Below, one piece after another: positions 38,694-46,964 of a stretch of 62,161 bases of DNA. Origin of the DNA: an uncultured Candidatus Saccharibacteria bacterium (GTDB lineage Bacteria > Patescibacteriota > Dojkabacteria > J137); NCBI GenBank assembly GCA_964620955.1, contig CAZUKH010000002.1, positions 78,451-140,611 on the forward strand. The letters run 5' to 3'. The translations under genes were made by a program, and so were the position numbers. How positions within the stretch are numbered: position 1 is the first letter of the stretch; each line of letters starts with the position of its first letter. The notes beneath the pieces were generated by a model that saw only the letters and a program-made list of their open reading frames with translations, had not been told where the DNA came from and did no database searches.

Positions 38694-39368
38694 TTATAGT
38701 CTTGAATTCTGCTTGAAAGAATACCATCCAACAGTGCTTACAATCAAATGGTCTAAGAGTTCTATACCCATTAGCTTTGAGGCTTCAATAAGTTTGTTAG
38801 TTATTTGAATATCTTCAATTGAAGGCTCTAAAACATTCGAGGGATGATTGTGAGCAAGAATTATTGAATGAGCAGAAAGTCTTATTGCTGGTTCGAAAAC
38901 TTCTCTCGGATGAATGAGCGAAGAGTTTAGTATGCCAATAGATATTGTTTCTTTGGATATGAGTTGTGTTCTTGAGTTTAGATAAAATACTACTAGGTTT
39001 TCCTTTTTTGAAGATCTAAAATCGTGGCATAACTCCCAGATTGTTGTAGGATTATTTAGTAAAATTCGTTTTGAATTGTTAAGTCTCTTTGAGAGTTCAA
39101 ATATTGCAACAATTTGAGAAGCCTTTGCTAACCCAATTCCTTTAATTTTTGAGACCGATGAAACTGTCAATTTGTTTAAGTCAAGCTTAAGTACTTTTTT
39201 AGAGATATCAAGTACATTATGATTTTTAACTCCAGAACCTAGAATCAATGCAAGCAGCTCATGATCTGTCAGCTTTTCTACACCATAACGTGAAAGTTTT
39301 TCTCGTGGTTTGTCAAATATTTGCAGGTCTTTAATTCTTCTCGAATAGGACATTAGTGATGATAACAC
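38694..39368 (-). CDS. radC: RadC-family JAB-domain protein
   Basis: N-terminal helix-hairpin-helix region (ELLALILGSG, IKGIGLAKASQI) and the JAMM motif ILAHNHPSNVLEPSIEDIQITNKL. Confidence 0.85.
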   Translation of the reverse strand: MLSSLMSYSRRIKDLQIFDKPREKLSRYGVEKLTDHELLALILGSGVKNHNVLDISKKVLKLDLNKLTVSSVSKIKGIGLAKASQIVAIFELSKRLNNSKRILLNNPTTIWELCHDFRSSKKENLVVFYLNSRTQLISKETISIGILNSSLIHPREVFEPAIRLSAHSIILAHNHPSNVLEPSIEDIQITNKLIEASKLMGIELLDHLIVSTVGWYSFKQNSRL

Positions 39369-39381
39369 TGTTTACTACTCC

Positions 39382-39446
39382 AGTAAACTACTCCAGGCAA
39401 CAGTCTACTGAGTCTTTAACAAACTTACCTAACTTTGCCCAAAATG
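39382..39446. repeat. 65-bp perfect direct repeat, copy 1 (5' of radC)
   Basis: agtaaactactccaggcaacagtctactgagtctttaacaaacttacctaactttgcccaaaatg is identical to 40613-40677. Confidence 0.95.
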
Positions 39447-39447
39447 G

Positions 39448-40590
39448 CTAGGGTCTATAGTTCATTAAAAATTCCAAAAGTTTTTTCCATCTGGGGACTT
39501 GTGGAGGTGTATAGTTTAGTAAATCTCTAACCCACTTGCCTCTCAGTGTATGATCCGGGAAACCCACTGCCTCCAGCAACGTATGACTCATCGCGTAAAG
39601 TCTTTCCAAGCCTTGGTGTGTTGTGGTGGGAGATACTCGCGGTATTAAGTAAGCTTCAAGTATTACTTGTTGGACCTGGCTAAAGTCAAATTCTAACAAC
39701 CCTATTCCTGGATTGAATCGACACCTAATACCCTTCATAGTAACCCCGAGATTAAGCCAAGCAGATGTACCACTACTAAGGCTTAAAGGTCTCACTATTG
39801 GTGCTTGATTGTGAAGGTTACCTTCCTCCATACTTAGATTTTTTAATAGATCTTGTTGTTCAGGTTCAAGATTATTATAAACTAACCTGTATAAATCGCG
39901 GTCTTTTCTAAGTATGTACTCTCCGTCTTTGTCGGAATATTTCCCAGCTATTTGAAGTGCTTCTATTATCTTACGAGAACCAATTTTTCTCATAAAAAAA
40001 GTAAACATTTCATCTTCAAGGAATTGTTCTTGGAGAGAGGTTACATTTACTCCAAGTTTCTGTAAGATTCCAAAAAGCTCATTTATTGCTTGATCCATTG
40101 GTACTCTTTCATGATTAGCCTCCCATTCATTAAGGAATATAGAAACCGGGAAACCCTCTATACCATTTAAGACCGGTACTGGGGCCTCAAGAATAAGATT
40201 TGGTGTATCCGGAATACGTCTTACCTTGATACTAGCCTGGATTGTGGCAGGGTAATTAGCAAAATCAGGCCTATCATAGTATTTAAAATACAACTCATCA
40301 TCAACTCCTCCAGAGTTCAATGATTGTCTAGCTGCCACTCCTTGATCTCTAGCTTCTGAAATCGCTGCATTAATAAACGCACTATTATTTTGAGGGTCTT
40401 GGTTTGATAGGGGTTGACGAGTAATCATAAAAAAAACTGCTGAAGTGACAATTTTTTCGACCACATCAGGTTCAGAAGAAATAACATATTGGCGGGGTCG
40501 AAATTCTGAAACTCTCCAATGACTAGGAACATTATCTAAATCAGGGTTTGGAAATTGATTATCTATTGCCATTATATACAATTCTATCAC
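39448..40590 (-). CDS. Hypothetical protein (380 aa), bracketed by the 65-bp repeat
   Basis: Long clean ORF with no recognised motif. It looks visibly less AT-rich than its neighbours. An alternative start is Met 40572. Confidence 0.65.
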   Translation of the reverse strand: MIELYIMAIDNQFPNPDLDNVPSHWRVSEFRPRQYVISSEPDVVEKIVTSAVFFMITRQPLSNQDPQNNSAFINAAISEARDQGVAARQSLNSGGVDDELYFKYYDRPDFANYPATIQASIKVRRIPDTPNLILEAPVPVLNGIEGFPVSIFLNEWEANHERVPMDQAINELFGILQKLGVNVTSLQEQFLEDEMFTFFMRKIGSRKIIEALQIAGKYSDKDGEYILRKDRDLYRLVYNNLEPEQQDLLKNLSMEEGNLHNQAPIVRPLSLSSGTSAWLNLGVTMKGIRCRFNPGIGLLEFDFSQVQQVILEAYLIPRVSPTTTHQGLERLYAMSHTLLEAVGFPDHTLRGKWVRDLLNYTPPQVPRWKKLLEFLMNYRP

Positions 40591-40612
40591 GATCTAGGCT
40601 ACTTGCCAAGTT

Positions 40613-40677
40613 AGTAAACTACTCCAGGCAACAGTCTACTGAGTCTTTAACAAACTTACCTAACTTTGCCCAAAATG
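40613..40677. repeat. 65-bp perfect direct repeat, copy 2 (5' of the 380-aa gene)
   Basis: Identical to 39382-39446, with an offset of 1231 bp. Confidence 0.95.
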
Positions 40678-40776
40678 ATTTAGGGGTTTTTGTTTTTTTT
40701 ACAGGTTCTTTTACAAGCTCTTTCTTTTTTTTAGGTTCTTTATTTATTTCCAGTTTTGCTATTTTAGTCTTATTCT

Positions 40777-41229
40777 TCATTTTTGCTTTACTTCAGAAGG
40801 ATTAATTATTCCCATAACTAACGCCCAAAAAAGCGAGTACAAACCATAAGCTTTTTCAAATATATCTTCCGCGCTTTTTCTTTTACCTTTTGCAAGCTCT
40901 TTAGTTCCATACTCCATTAACCTATAGCTTGAGGCTAAAAGATGCTTTGAAATACACCAAACTTCACCTTCATAATCTTTAATAATTTTTTTTAGTAATT
41001 CTTTGCGTAACTCACGAACTTCGTAAAGCAAATCGTAATAGCTGGTTTTCCCTGTTTTTGCACCACTAAAAAACAAATGCTCTTCAATTGAAATTAAATT
41101 CATAATAGCAATACTTAAATCTTCATCAGCTGAAAGATCAAGCTTATTATCTTTTTTTAATGAGTCATATTTTTCAACAAGCTCTTCGACTTCTTTAATT
41201 TTTATCTCCGGTTTTACTTTTTTGTTCAT
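40777..41229 (-). CDS. Hypothetical helical protein (150 aa)
   Basis: The ORF is open to 41322, but Met 41229 (MNKKVKPEIK...) begins 6 nt after the upstream gene stop at 41235. Confidence 0.55.
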   Translation of the reverse strand: MNKKVKPEIKIKEVEELVEKYDSLKKDNKLDLSADEDLSIAIMNLISIEEHLFFSGAKTGKTSYYDLLYEVRELRKELLKKIIKDYEGEVWCISKHLLASSYRLMEYGTKELAKGKRKSAEDIFEKAYGLYSLFWALVMGIINPSEVKQK

Positions 41230-41234
41230 AAGTA

Positions 41235-42281
41235 TTAATAGTAAATAATTAAATAAATTACCAAAGTTAAAATCCAAAGCGAACCTATTGGTAAAACTAC
41301 CTTTTGAAAAGGCAAAAACCAAGTTTTGAATTTGTTTTTAAAATAAAAATGAAGTTTTGCGCCTAAGAAAAAAAATCCACTTCCCAGTGTTAATCCTAAA
41401 AAAACTTTATCTATTCCCATTAGAGTATTACCTGGTGCGCTCATAAAGCCCGAAAGATACAAAGGCACTACTGCAAGTGCATAAGTTAAAACTACTGTTA
41501 TTAATACTACTTTTGTACCCCTATGTTTTCTTTTTTCAAGCCATGACAAAATCCAAAATATTGTGGAAACTATAAGCCCTCCCATCCAAATACTTGTAAT
41601 TGTATCGTCAATTCCAAAATACCTTGAAAGCCCAAGACCAGCACCCACTGCAACTGTACACACAGGGCAAACTGCACTGACTTTAGTTACAAAAACACTT
41701 AAGGATAAAAATAGAGATGTAATTATAGCTAAAGACTTTGCAGAAAATGCATTTTGTGATTTTAGAGCCTTACCCCCAGCAACAAGAAGCAGTAACATTA
41801 TTAAAATAATTCCCAGTACAATTTCAGTGTTCCGCTTACCTGCCTCATCATTAACCCCAAGTGTAGACTCCTGCTCTTGAGTATTTAAATTTACATCTGG
41901 CTCAATCTTTTGTTGCGGAGGAATGTCAATACTTTCAGCTTCAAGCAACAAAGTTTGTATAACAGGGGAATCTCCCATGCTGCATTTGCCTTTATAAAAA
42001 AGCATTGGTACACCTGCTCTTGACGGATCCAAATTGCAAATTGTTAGGGCTTGTAAAAACTCTTCTTGGTTTATAATATCCGACGAAACTTCTTTAAAAT
42101 CAATCATAAAGATTTTATCGAGACCAAGCTTGGGAATTTCTTCTTTAACAACCTCGCAATGAGGGCAACCTTCAGCCCAAAATATTATCGGGTTTATTGA
42201 TTGAGCGTTTATTTGATTAGATATTGCTGAAAGCGAGGTTAAAAATACAATAAGAAAGGCAGAAATAAAGATTTTGAACAT
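41235..42281 (-). CDS. Fusion of secreted thioredoxin/glutaredoxin-like domain (CPHC) with multi-TM domain carrying a membrane CPVC motif
   Basis: Signal peptide, IIFWAEGCPHCEVVKEEIP...GVPMLFYKGKC, a linker, then about 6 TM helices including VSAVCPVCTVAVGAGLG. Confidence 0.55.
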   Translation of the reverse strand: MFKIFISAFLIVFLTSLSAISNQINAQSINPIIFWAEGCPHCEVVKEEIPKLGLDKIFMIDFKEVSSDIINQEEFLQALTICNLDPSRAGVPMLFYKGKCSMGDSPVIQTLLLEAESIDIPPQQKIEPDVNLNTQEQESTLGVNDEAGKRNTEIVLGIILIMLLLLVAGGKALKSQNAFSAKSLAIITSLFLSLSVFVTKVSAVCPVCTVAVGAGLGLSRYFGIDDTITSIWMGGLIVSTIFWILSWLEKRKHRGTKVVLITVVLTYALAVVPLYLSGFMSAPGNTLMGIDKVFLGLTLGSGFFFLGAKLHFYFKNKFKTWFLPFQKVVLPIGSLWILTLVIYLIIYY

Positions 42282-42385
42282 TTAACATAGGTTTAAAGAA
42301 TACTAGGTAAGTATAACTCTATTAAACTCATCTGGGAAGAATCTTATCATATTGATAAGATAATCGGCAGATTTTGATATGATTT

Positions 42386-42793
42386 TTAAATTTCAAGAAC
42401 TGGGAAATCGGAGATCACACTGCTTTGATCGATTTCACTGGTCACGAAAGCTATTGCAGCATCAATCTGCGTAAATACTTCATTAGTGTCATTATTTACT
42501 TCTTCGCCTAAATTGTTTGTATTAGGAGATTGTGCTGTGTTTGAAGGTTGTGTGTTTAATAGCGGATTTACATTTGGTGTAATAAATGGTTTTGCTACAA
42601 CTGCAACGACAAAGACTGATAACGAAGCAACAGCAAAAAGACCTGCAACAAGAAATCTATTTAAATAAGACTTTCGTCTTTTATTTTCAAACTTTTGCCA
42701 GCTTTTATGACTAACAACTTCAAAGTTTTCTAGCGGCGTCGAAAGACTATCAATGATGTACTTTTCTAGTTTTGGTTGAGCGTTTGGATCCAT
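42386..42793 (-). CDS. Putative anti-sigma factor (single-pass membrane protein)
   Basis: 135-aa ORF that overlaps the 3' end of the ECF sigma gene. It has one central TM helix (FLVAGLFAVASLSVFVVAVV). Confidence 0.4.
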   Translation of the reverse strand: MDPNAQPKLEKYIIDSLSTPLENFEVVSHKSWQKFENKRRKSYLNRFLVAGLFAVASLSVFVVAVVAKPFITPNVNPLLNTQPSNTAQSPNTNNLGEEVNNDTNEVFTQIDAAIAFVTSEIDQSSVISDFPVLEI

Positions 42794-43284
42794 ATTGTTT
42801 TAAGTTTTTTTACTAATCTGTTATTAATAACTTTTGCATTTCCTACGGAAATATTAAGCTCTTTCGCAATTTGAATATATGTTTTATTTTCTTTATATTT
42901 TTTATTATAAAAAAGCTGGTCTTTTGTATTTAACTTAGCTACTAGTGTTTGAATCAAAAGGTTTTCAGTATTTTGGATACTATCTTCATTAGAACTTGAC
43001 AAAGAGTCAATCAACTCATCAGATAGACTCAATTCCTTATTAGAAAACCGGTACTTCTTTCTTAAAAAGTCTAAAACTCTTCTTTTTGTAACTGTAAAAA
43101 CATAGGATTTAATATTAGAATTAAAATCTAAGTTTTCAAAACTATGCCAAATATTAACAAACACTTCGCTAATTATATCTGATGCGTCTTCTGTGTTGGC
43201 AATGTGCGACCTTACAATTTTATATACATACCTAAAATATGTGTTATAAAAGTCTTTAAACCGCTTGTCTTCTGTTTTAGCCAT
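42766..43284 (-). CDS. ECF-type RNA polymerase sigma-70 factor
   Basis: The region 2-like segment DASDIISEVFVNIWHSF...VTKRRVLDFLRKK and the region 4 HTH YIQIAKELNISVGNAKVINNRLVKKLK. Confidence 0.75.
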   Translation of the reverse strand: MAKTEDKRFKDFYNTYFRYVYKIVRSHIANTEDASDIISEVFVNIWHSFENLDFNSNIKSYVFTVTKRRVLDFLRKKYRFSNKELSLSDELIDSLSSSNEDSIQNTENLLIQTLVAKLNTKDQLFYNKKYKENKTYIQIAKELNISVGNAKVINNRLVKKLKTIWIQTLNQN

Positions 43285-43296
43285 AAACTCATATTG

Positions 43297-43578
43297 CTAA
43301 AACTCCTCTAAAAGCTCAAGGTCTTTTGTGACACTTATTGAGTCAATAGCTTTATCTATTTCATTAATAGTCTCTTCTAAGTTTTCATCTGTTTCTTTAT
43401 TTTCATCTACTTTAACATTAACTTCGCTTTCAACCACTTCAGGTTGTTGCTCTTGATCATTTGTAGTTTGTACTTTATTTGCATTATTATTTTGGGTATT
43501 AATAACTATAAAAAGGGCAAAAACTGCTATTAAAGCAAGTAAAACAATTGATATAAAAAAGAACTTTTGATTTTTCAT
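43297..43578 (-). CDS. Small membrane-anchored acidic protein
   Basis: 93-aa ORF with an N-terminal TM helix. Confidence 0.5.
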   Translation of the reverse strand: MKNQKFFFISIVLLALIAVFALFIVINTQNNNANKVQTTNDQEQQPEVVESEVNVKVDENKETDENLEETINEIDKAIDSISVTKDLELLEEF

Positions 43579-43615
43579 GAGTTATGAGTATAAAGAATTT
43601 TAACTAAAATAAATT

Positions 43616-43637
43616 TAGGGGGTATTTCTACCCCCTA
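43616..43637 (-). terminator. Hairpin downstream of 43652-44245
   Basis: TAGGGGGTA-tttc-TACCCCCTA forms a 9-bp stem. On the minus strand it is followed by AATTTATTTT. Confidence 0.5.
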
Positions 43638-43651
43638 TAAGTTGACTCTGC

Positions 43652-44245
43652 TTATCTATTTGCTGATTTAATTGCTTCTAACTCTGGGACTACATTTGTT
43701 ACAAAGTAGTTATTAATTTCTACTGCTTCAGCTCTTGCCTGTAAAAGGTACTGCCGTGATTCTTGCAACTTATTTAAATACGCTCCTTCGCTTTCACCAC
43801 ATGCTAAAGTTTTGGTTTCATTTGCTGCGTTCATTGTTTGTTGCATAAGATTATTAAATTCTTGTGTCATTACTCTTATTTGCTCAATTTGAGCGGGCAA
43901 GCCTGCTGGGTCAATTTCTTTAGTTTGTAAAAATTCTACGAGATTTTCAAGCCTTTGAATTAGATTGTTATACCTGTTTACATATCTCAATCGATTTTGC
44001 TCGTATTTTTGTGTAATTGTATCTATTCTTGATGTTGCTATTTCACATCTTTGCTCTACATTTTGCTGTCTTGCTTCTTGAGCATCTTCTTTCGCATTTT
44101 GAATATCTTCTTGAAGATCTTGCCGATTTTGTTGAATTGTATCTACAGGGTTGTTTTGCTGTTGTGCTGATACACTAACTGGCAAAAACACAGATGGTGC
44201 AAATGCTAAAACTGCAATTGCGGCTAAGGTTTTTTTACCTTTCAT
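43652..44245 (-). CDS. Secreted coiled-coil protein
   Basis: Signal peptide (MKGKKTLAAIAVLAFAPSVFLPVSVSAQ) followed by Q/E/N-rich helical sequence. Confidence 0.55.
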   Translation of the reverse strand: MKGKKTLAAIAVLAFAPSVFLPVSVSAQQQNNPVDTIQQNRQDLQEDIQNAKEDAQEARQQNVEQRCEIATSRIDTITQKYEQNRLRYVNRYNNLIQRLENLVEFLQTKEIDPAGLPAQIEQIRVMTQEFNNLMQQTMNAANETKTLACGESEGAYLNKLQESRQYLLQARAEAVEINNYFVTNVVPELEAIKSANR

Positions 44246-44529
44246 AATGAACTAATAATAATAAATAATTTAATCCCCATTTTGGGAAGATAAGTTTTCT
44301 TATCTACTATTATATTCGAACTGGGGTTACAAATTAAGTGGAGAATTTATTAGCAATTATGGCGGGAGGTTCTGGACCAAGTTCGAACTTTTTTCATGAA
44401 TGGGAATAATCTCAACTTACCTCAAATCACCTTATCCGTTAATAATTTCCAGCTTTAGGCTTTGATTTTAACTTTGTAGTATCTTTAGAGAGTCTGATTA
44501 TATTAGCTAAACTTTATATTTATTGTAAT

Positions 44530-45516
44530 TTAATATATTAGTCTAATATTTACCCCAGTCTTACTTCTTTCAAATAGCTCTCTGTATTTCTCAAGAGTTT
44601 TTCGACTTTCTTCATTAATTTCCGATATCCTTTTTAATTCATTATTAATTTTAACTCGTGGATCAAAATATCTTGCTTTTAACTTTATATGTCTAAAATC
44701 GTATTTTTCATTATCTCCAACAATTACTGTATTATATCGTTCGTTGAATACCCTGAAGTATTTAGAGTCATATTGATCAAGTCGTTGTTGAAACAATTTG
44801 AATAAATCGTTATCAGTACCTAACAAATTATGCTTTGTAATCCACCCATCGTTTAAACCATCTTTGAGAATATTTATTACTGATTGGTAGACTACAGCAA
44901 TTTGTGGGTCATAAATTACTTGCCACATTGCTTTGTTCCCTCTATCTGAAAATTCTTTAGCAACTTCAGGTGATGTAAATATTATTTCTCCGTTAAATAC
45001 TTCTACGTTATTTAATACAATGCTCCCAAAGTTATCTCCTGCGGGAATAACACACTCAAGATCCCAAATTGCATAATCAAGCCTATCAGTTCCTATATCT
45101 GGTAAATCATTTTTTATTAATCTATAGGAATCTACATTATTTAATTTAATATTAGTAGCATTTAAAATTTTTTCTATTTCATCCCAACCTTCAAGATCTG
45201 TTTGAGAAAATTCATGTTGGTTTTCTGAAGATTCTGATTCTACCATATCAACTAAGTGAGAAAATGCAAAATGACCAACATCATGTAGCAGCGCTGCTAC
45301 TTGTGTTTCTAGATCACCTCCTAGTTTATAGGTTGCATACCATACACCTATTGAATGTTCATACCTGCTTGTTTGGTAAGCTTCTTTATAAACAAAATTA
45401 ACCCCTCCGTACTGGTTTATTTTTTTTAGTCTTTGAAATGGTTTTGTTTCAATAAGTTTTAATATTATTTCATTTTCAATTTCGATTTCACCATAAATCC
45501 TGTCAGACATTTTCAT
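44530..45516 (-). CDS. HD-domain phosphohydrolase (COG1078, SAMHD1/dGTPase-like)
   Basis: IYGEIEI...KPFQRLKKINQYG...RYEHSIGVWYAT...AALLHDVGHFAFSH...RLDYAIWD. Confidence 0.75.
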   Translation of the reverse strand: MKMSDRIYGEIEIENEIILKLIETKPFQRLKKINQYGGVNFVYKEAYQTSRYEHSIGVWYATYKLGGDLETQVAALLHDVGHFAFSHLVDMVESESSENQHEFSQTDLEGWDEIEKILNATNIKLNNVDSYRLIKNDLPDIGTDRLDYAIWDLECVIPAGDNFGSIVLNNVEVFNGEIIFTSPEVAKEFSDRGNKAMWQVIYDPQIAVVYQSVINILKDGLNDGWITKHNLLGTDNDLFKLFQQRLDQYDSKYFRVFNERYNTVIVGDNEKYDFRHIKLKARYFDPRVKINNELKRISEINEESRKTLEKYRELFERSKTGVNIRLIY

Positions 45517-45815
45517 TTTAATTGTGTAAGAAATATTGAATAATTATATTTCAAAAACTTTAGAAAAACCATGAAATTTGCAATTGGGCCACTTTAGCTC
45601 GAACTATAAAAGGTCCATAAAATATAAATTATTCAGATTTTAGTCAAACGCTAGGGAGAGGGTAGGAAGTTCGAACTTCTAGATTCCTCATTGCTGTTGG
45701 TGATTTTCGGCGATTAAAAAAATGTCTGCAGGTAGTAGATAATGTTCGACTTTTTTTTGATCACATTTTCAAGTAAAGTTTATTTAATATAAACAAATCT
45801 ATTTTTTTACATACT

Positions 45816-46529
45816 TTAGTAAACTATTCCTTGCCCTATAGGCTTCGTGTCAGTAAGCTTAAAATGATACAATTTTGGACTAGTGACCTTCGTGTAGAAA
45901 AGCGCAGGAGCTTCGAAATTATTTACAACAAAAGGTAAAATCATAAGGCTAATCTCATCTATCAAATCTTCTTTAATAATAGATCCATTAATAGCACCTC
46001 CACCTTCTAAAAGTAATTTTTTGACTCCAAATTTATTTTTCAATTTTTCAAATATTAATTCGAAGTTTAATTCATCATCGCCTCCAAAAATATAGGAAAT
46101 ATTTTTACTTTTGAGATAAGCTAAATATTCTACTGGTGTACTGGAATTGACTATCATGATTAAACCGTAGTTTATACCATTAACTACTCTAAAGTTATCT
46201 TTCCATCTTAAAACACCTCTAGTATCCGTACTTATACCAAAATGTTTATAGTCAACTTGTGCAATAAAGTCTTCATTTGCAACAACCACTGAATCTTTGA
46301 ATGCAGTTAAATCCTCTTCTTCATGGTTATCAACCTCATCCATTGTCTTTCTACCCAGAATGAAGGACCAATCTTCACCATAACTTTTTTCAATTTTTTC
46401 ATAAAGATTCATGTAGCTTCCAAAGGGCGAAAAATCAACGTATTTACCATCAATTGTCCCAAAGGATATTTTCCCATCAAGCGAGATCATCATATGGCAA
46501 ATAACATAAGGTCTGTCTTTTGTGTCCAT
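45816..46529 (-). CDS. RibD C-terminal domain / dihydrofolate-reductase-like reductase
   Basis: PYVICHMMISLDGKI...LGRKTM...KKLLLEGGGAINGSIIKEDLIDEISLMILPFVV. Confidence 0.65.
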   Translation of the reverse strand: MDTKDRPYVICHMMISLDGKISFGTIDGKYVDFSPFGSYMNLYEKIEKSYGEDWSFILGRKTMDEVDNHEEEDLTAFKDSVVVANEDFIAQVDYKHFGISTDTRGVLRWKDNFRVVNGINYGLIMIVNSSTPVEYLAYLKSKNISYIFGGDDELNFELIFEKLKNKFGVKKLLLEGGGAINGSIIKEDLIDEISLMILPFVVNNFEAPALFYTKVTSPKLYHFKLTDTKPIGQGIVY

Positions 46530-46605
46530 ATATGCTTTTATAAAAATTATTAGCTTAATTTTATTATTTTTATTTCCTTTTTACCATTAGGAGTTTGAAA
46601 TGATA

Positions 46606-46827
46606 CTAAATCTCCAACCTTTTTATCCTCTTTAATTGATACTCGTATTGTTGTGCCTCAGATCTCGTTGAGAATGCTTTAGAATAAATCAGCTTCCAGG
46701 GTATATATGCTTTTGTAGATTTTGAAAGACCATTGTTATGTTCAAGAAGACGTTTTTCCATATTCTGACAAGATCCGATATAGTATCGACCGTTCAGTAG
46801 GCTTTGAAGCACATACGTTTTAAACAT
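46606..46827 (-). CDS. GIY-YIG nuclease-family protein (stand-alone URI domain)
   Basis: YVLQSLLNGRYYIGSCQNMEKRLLEHNNG...PWKLIYSKAFSTRSEAQQYEYQLKR. Confidence 0.8.
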   Translation of the reverse strand: MFKTYVLQSLLNGRYYIGSCQNMEKRLLEHNNGLSKSTKAYIPWKLIYSKAFSTRSEAQQYEYQLKRIKRLEI

Positions 46828-46850
46828 TATGGATCGTCATAAATTCAGAA

Positions 46851-46927
46851 TGGCGGAATGGACGGGAATCGAACCCGCAACCTTTCGCGTGACAGGCGAA
46901 TGCTCTAACCAGTTGAGCTACCACTCC
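46851..46927 (-). tRNA. tRNA-Asp (anticodon GUC), CCA encoded
   Basis: The reverse complement is GGAGTGGTAGCTCAACTGGTTAGAGCATTCGCCTGTCACGCGAAAGGTTGCGGGTTCGATTCCCGTCCATTCCGCCA. Anticodon stem TTCGC/GCGAA with loop CTGTCAC. Confidence 0.9.
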
Positions 46928-46964
46928 ATATTAGTGTTATGAATTTTAACCGATTTTTTAATTA

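Noticed and set aside
40548-40805. Track ORF 40548-40805 (+) as a gene
   Set aside because: It reads through the 65-bp repeat copy and a T-rich spacer, antisense to the flanking minus-strand genes. It is most likely spurious.
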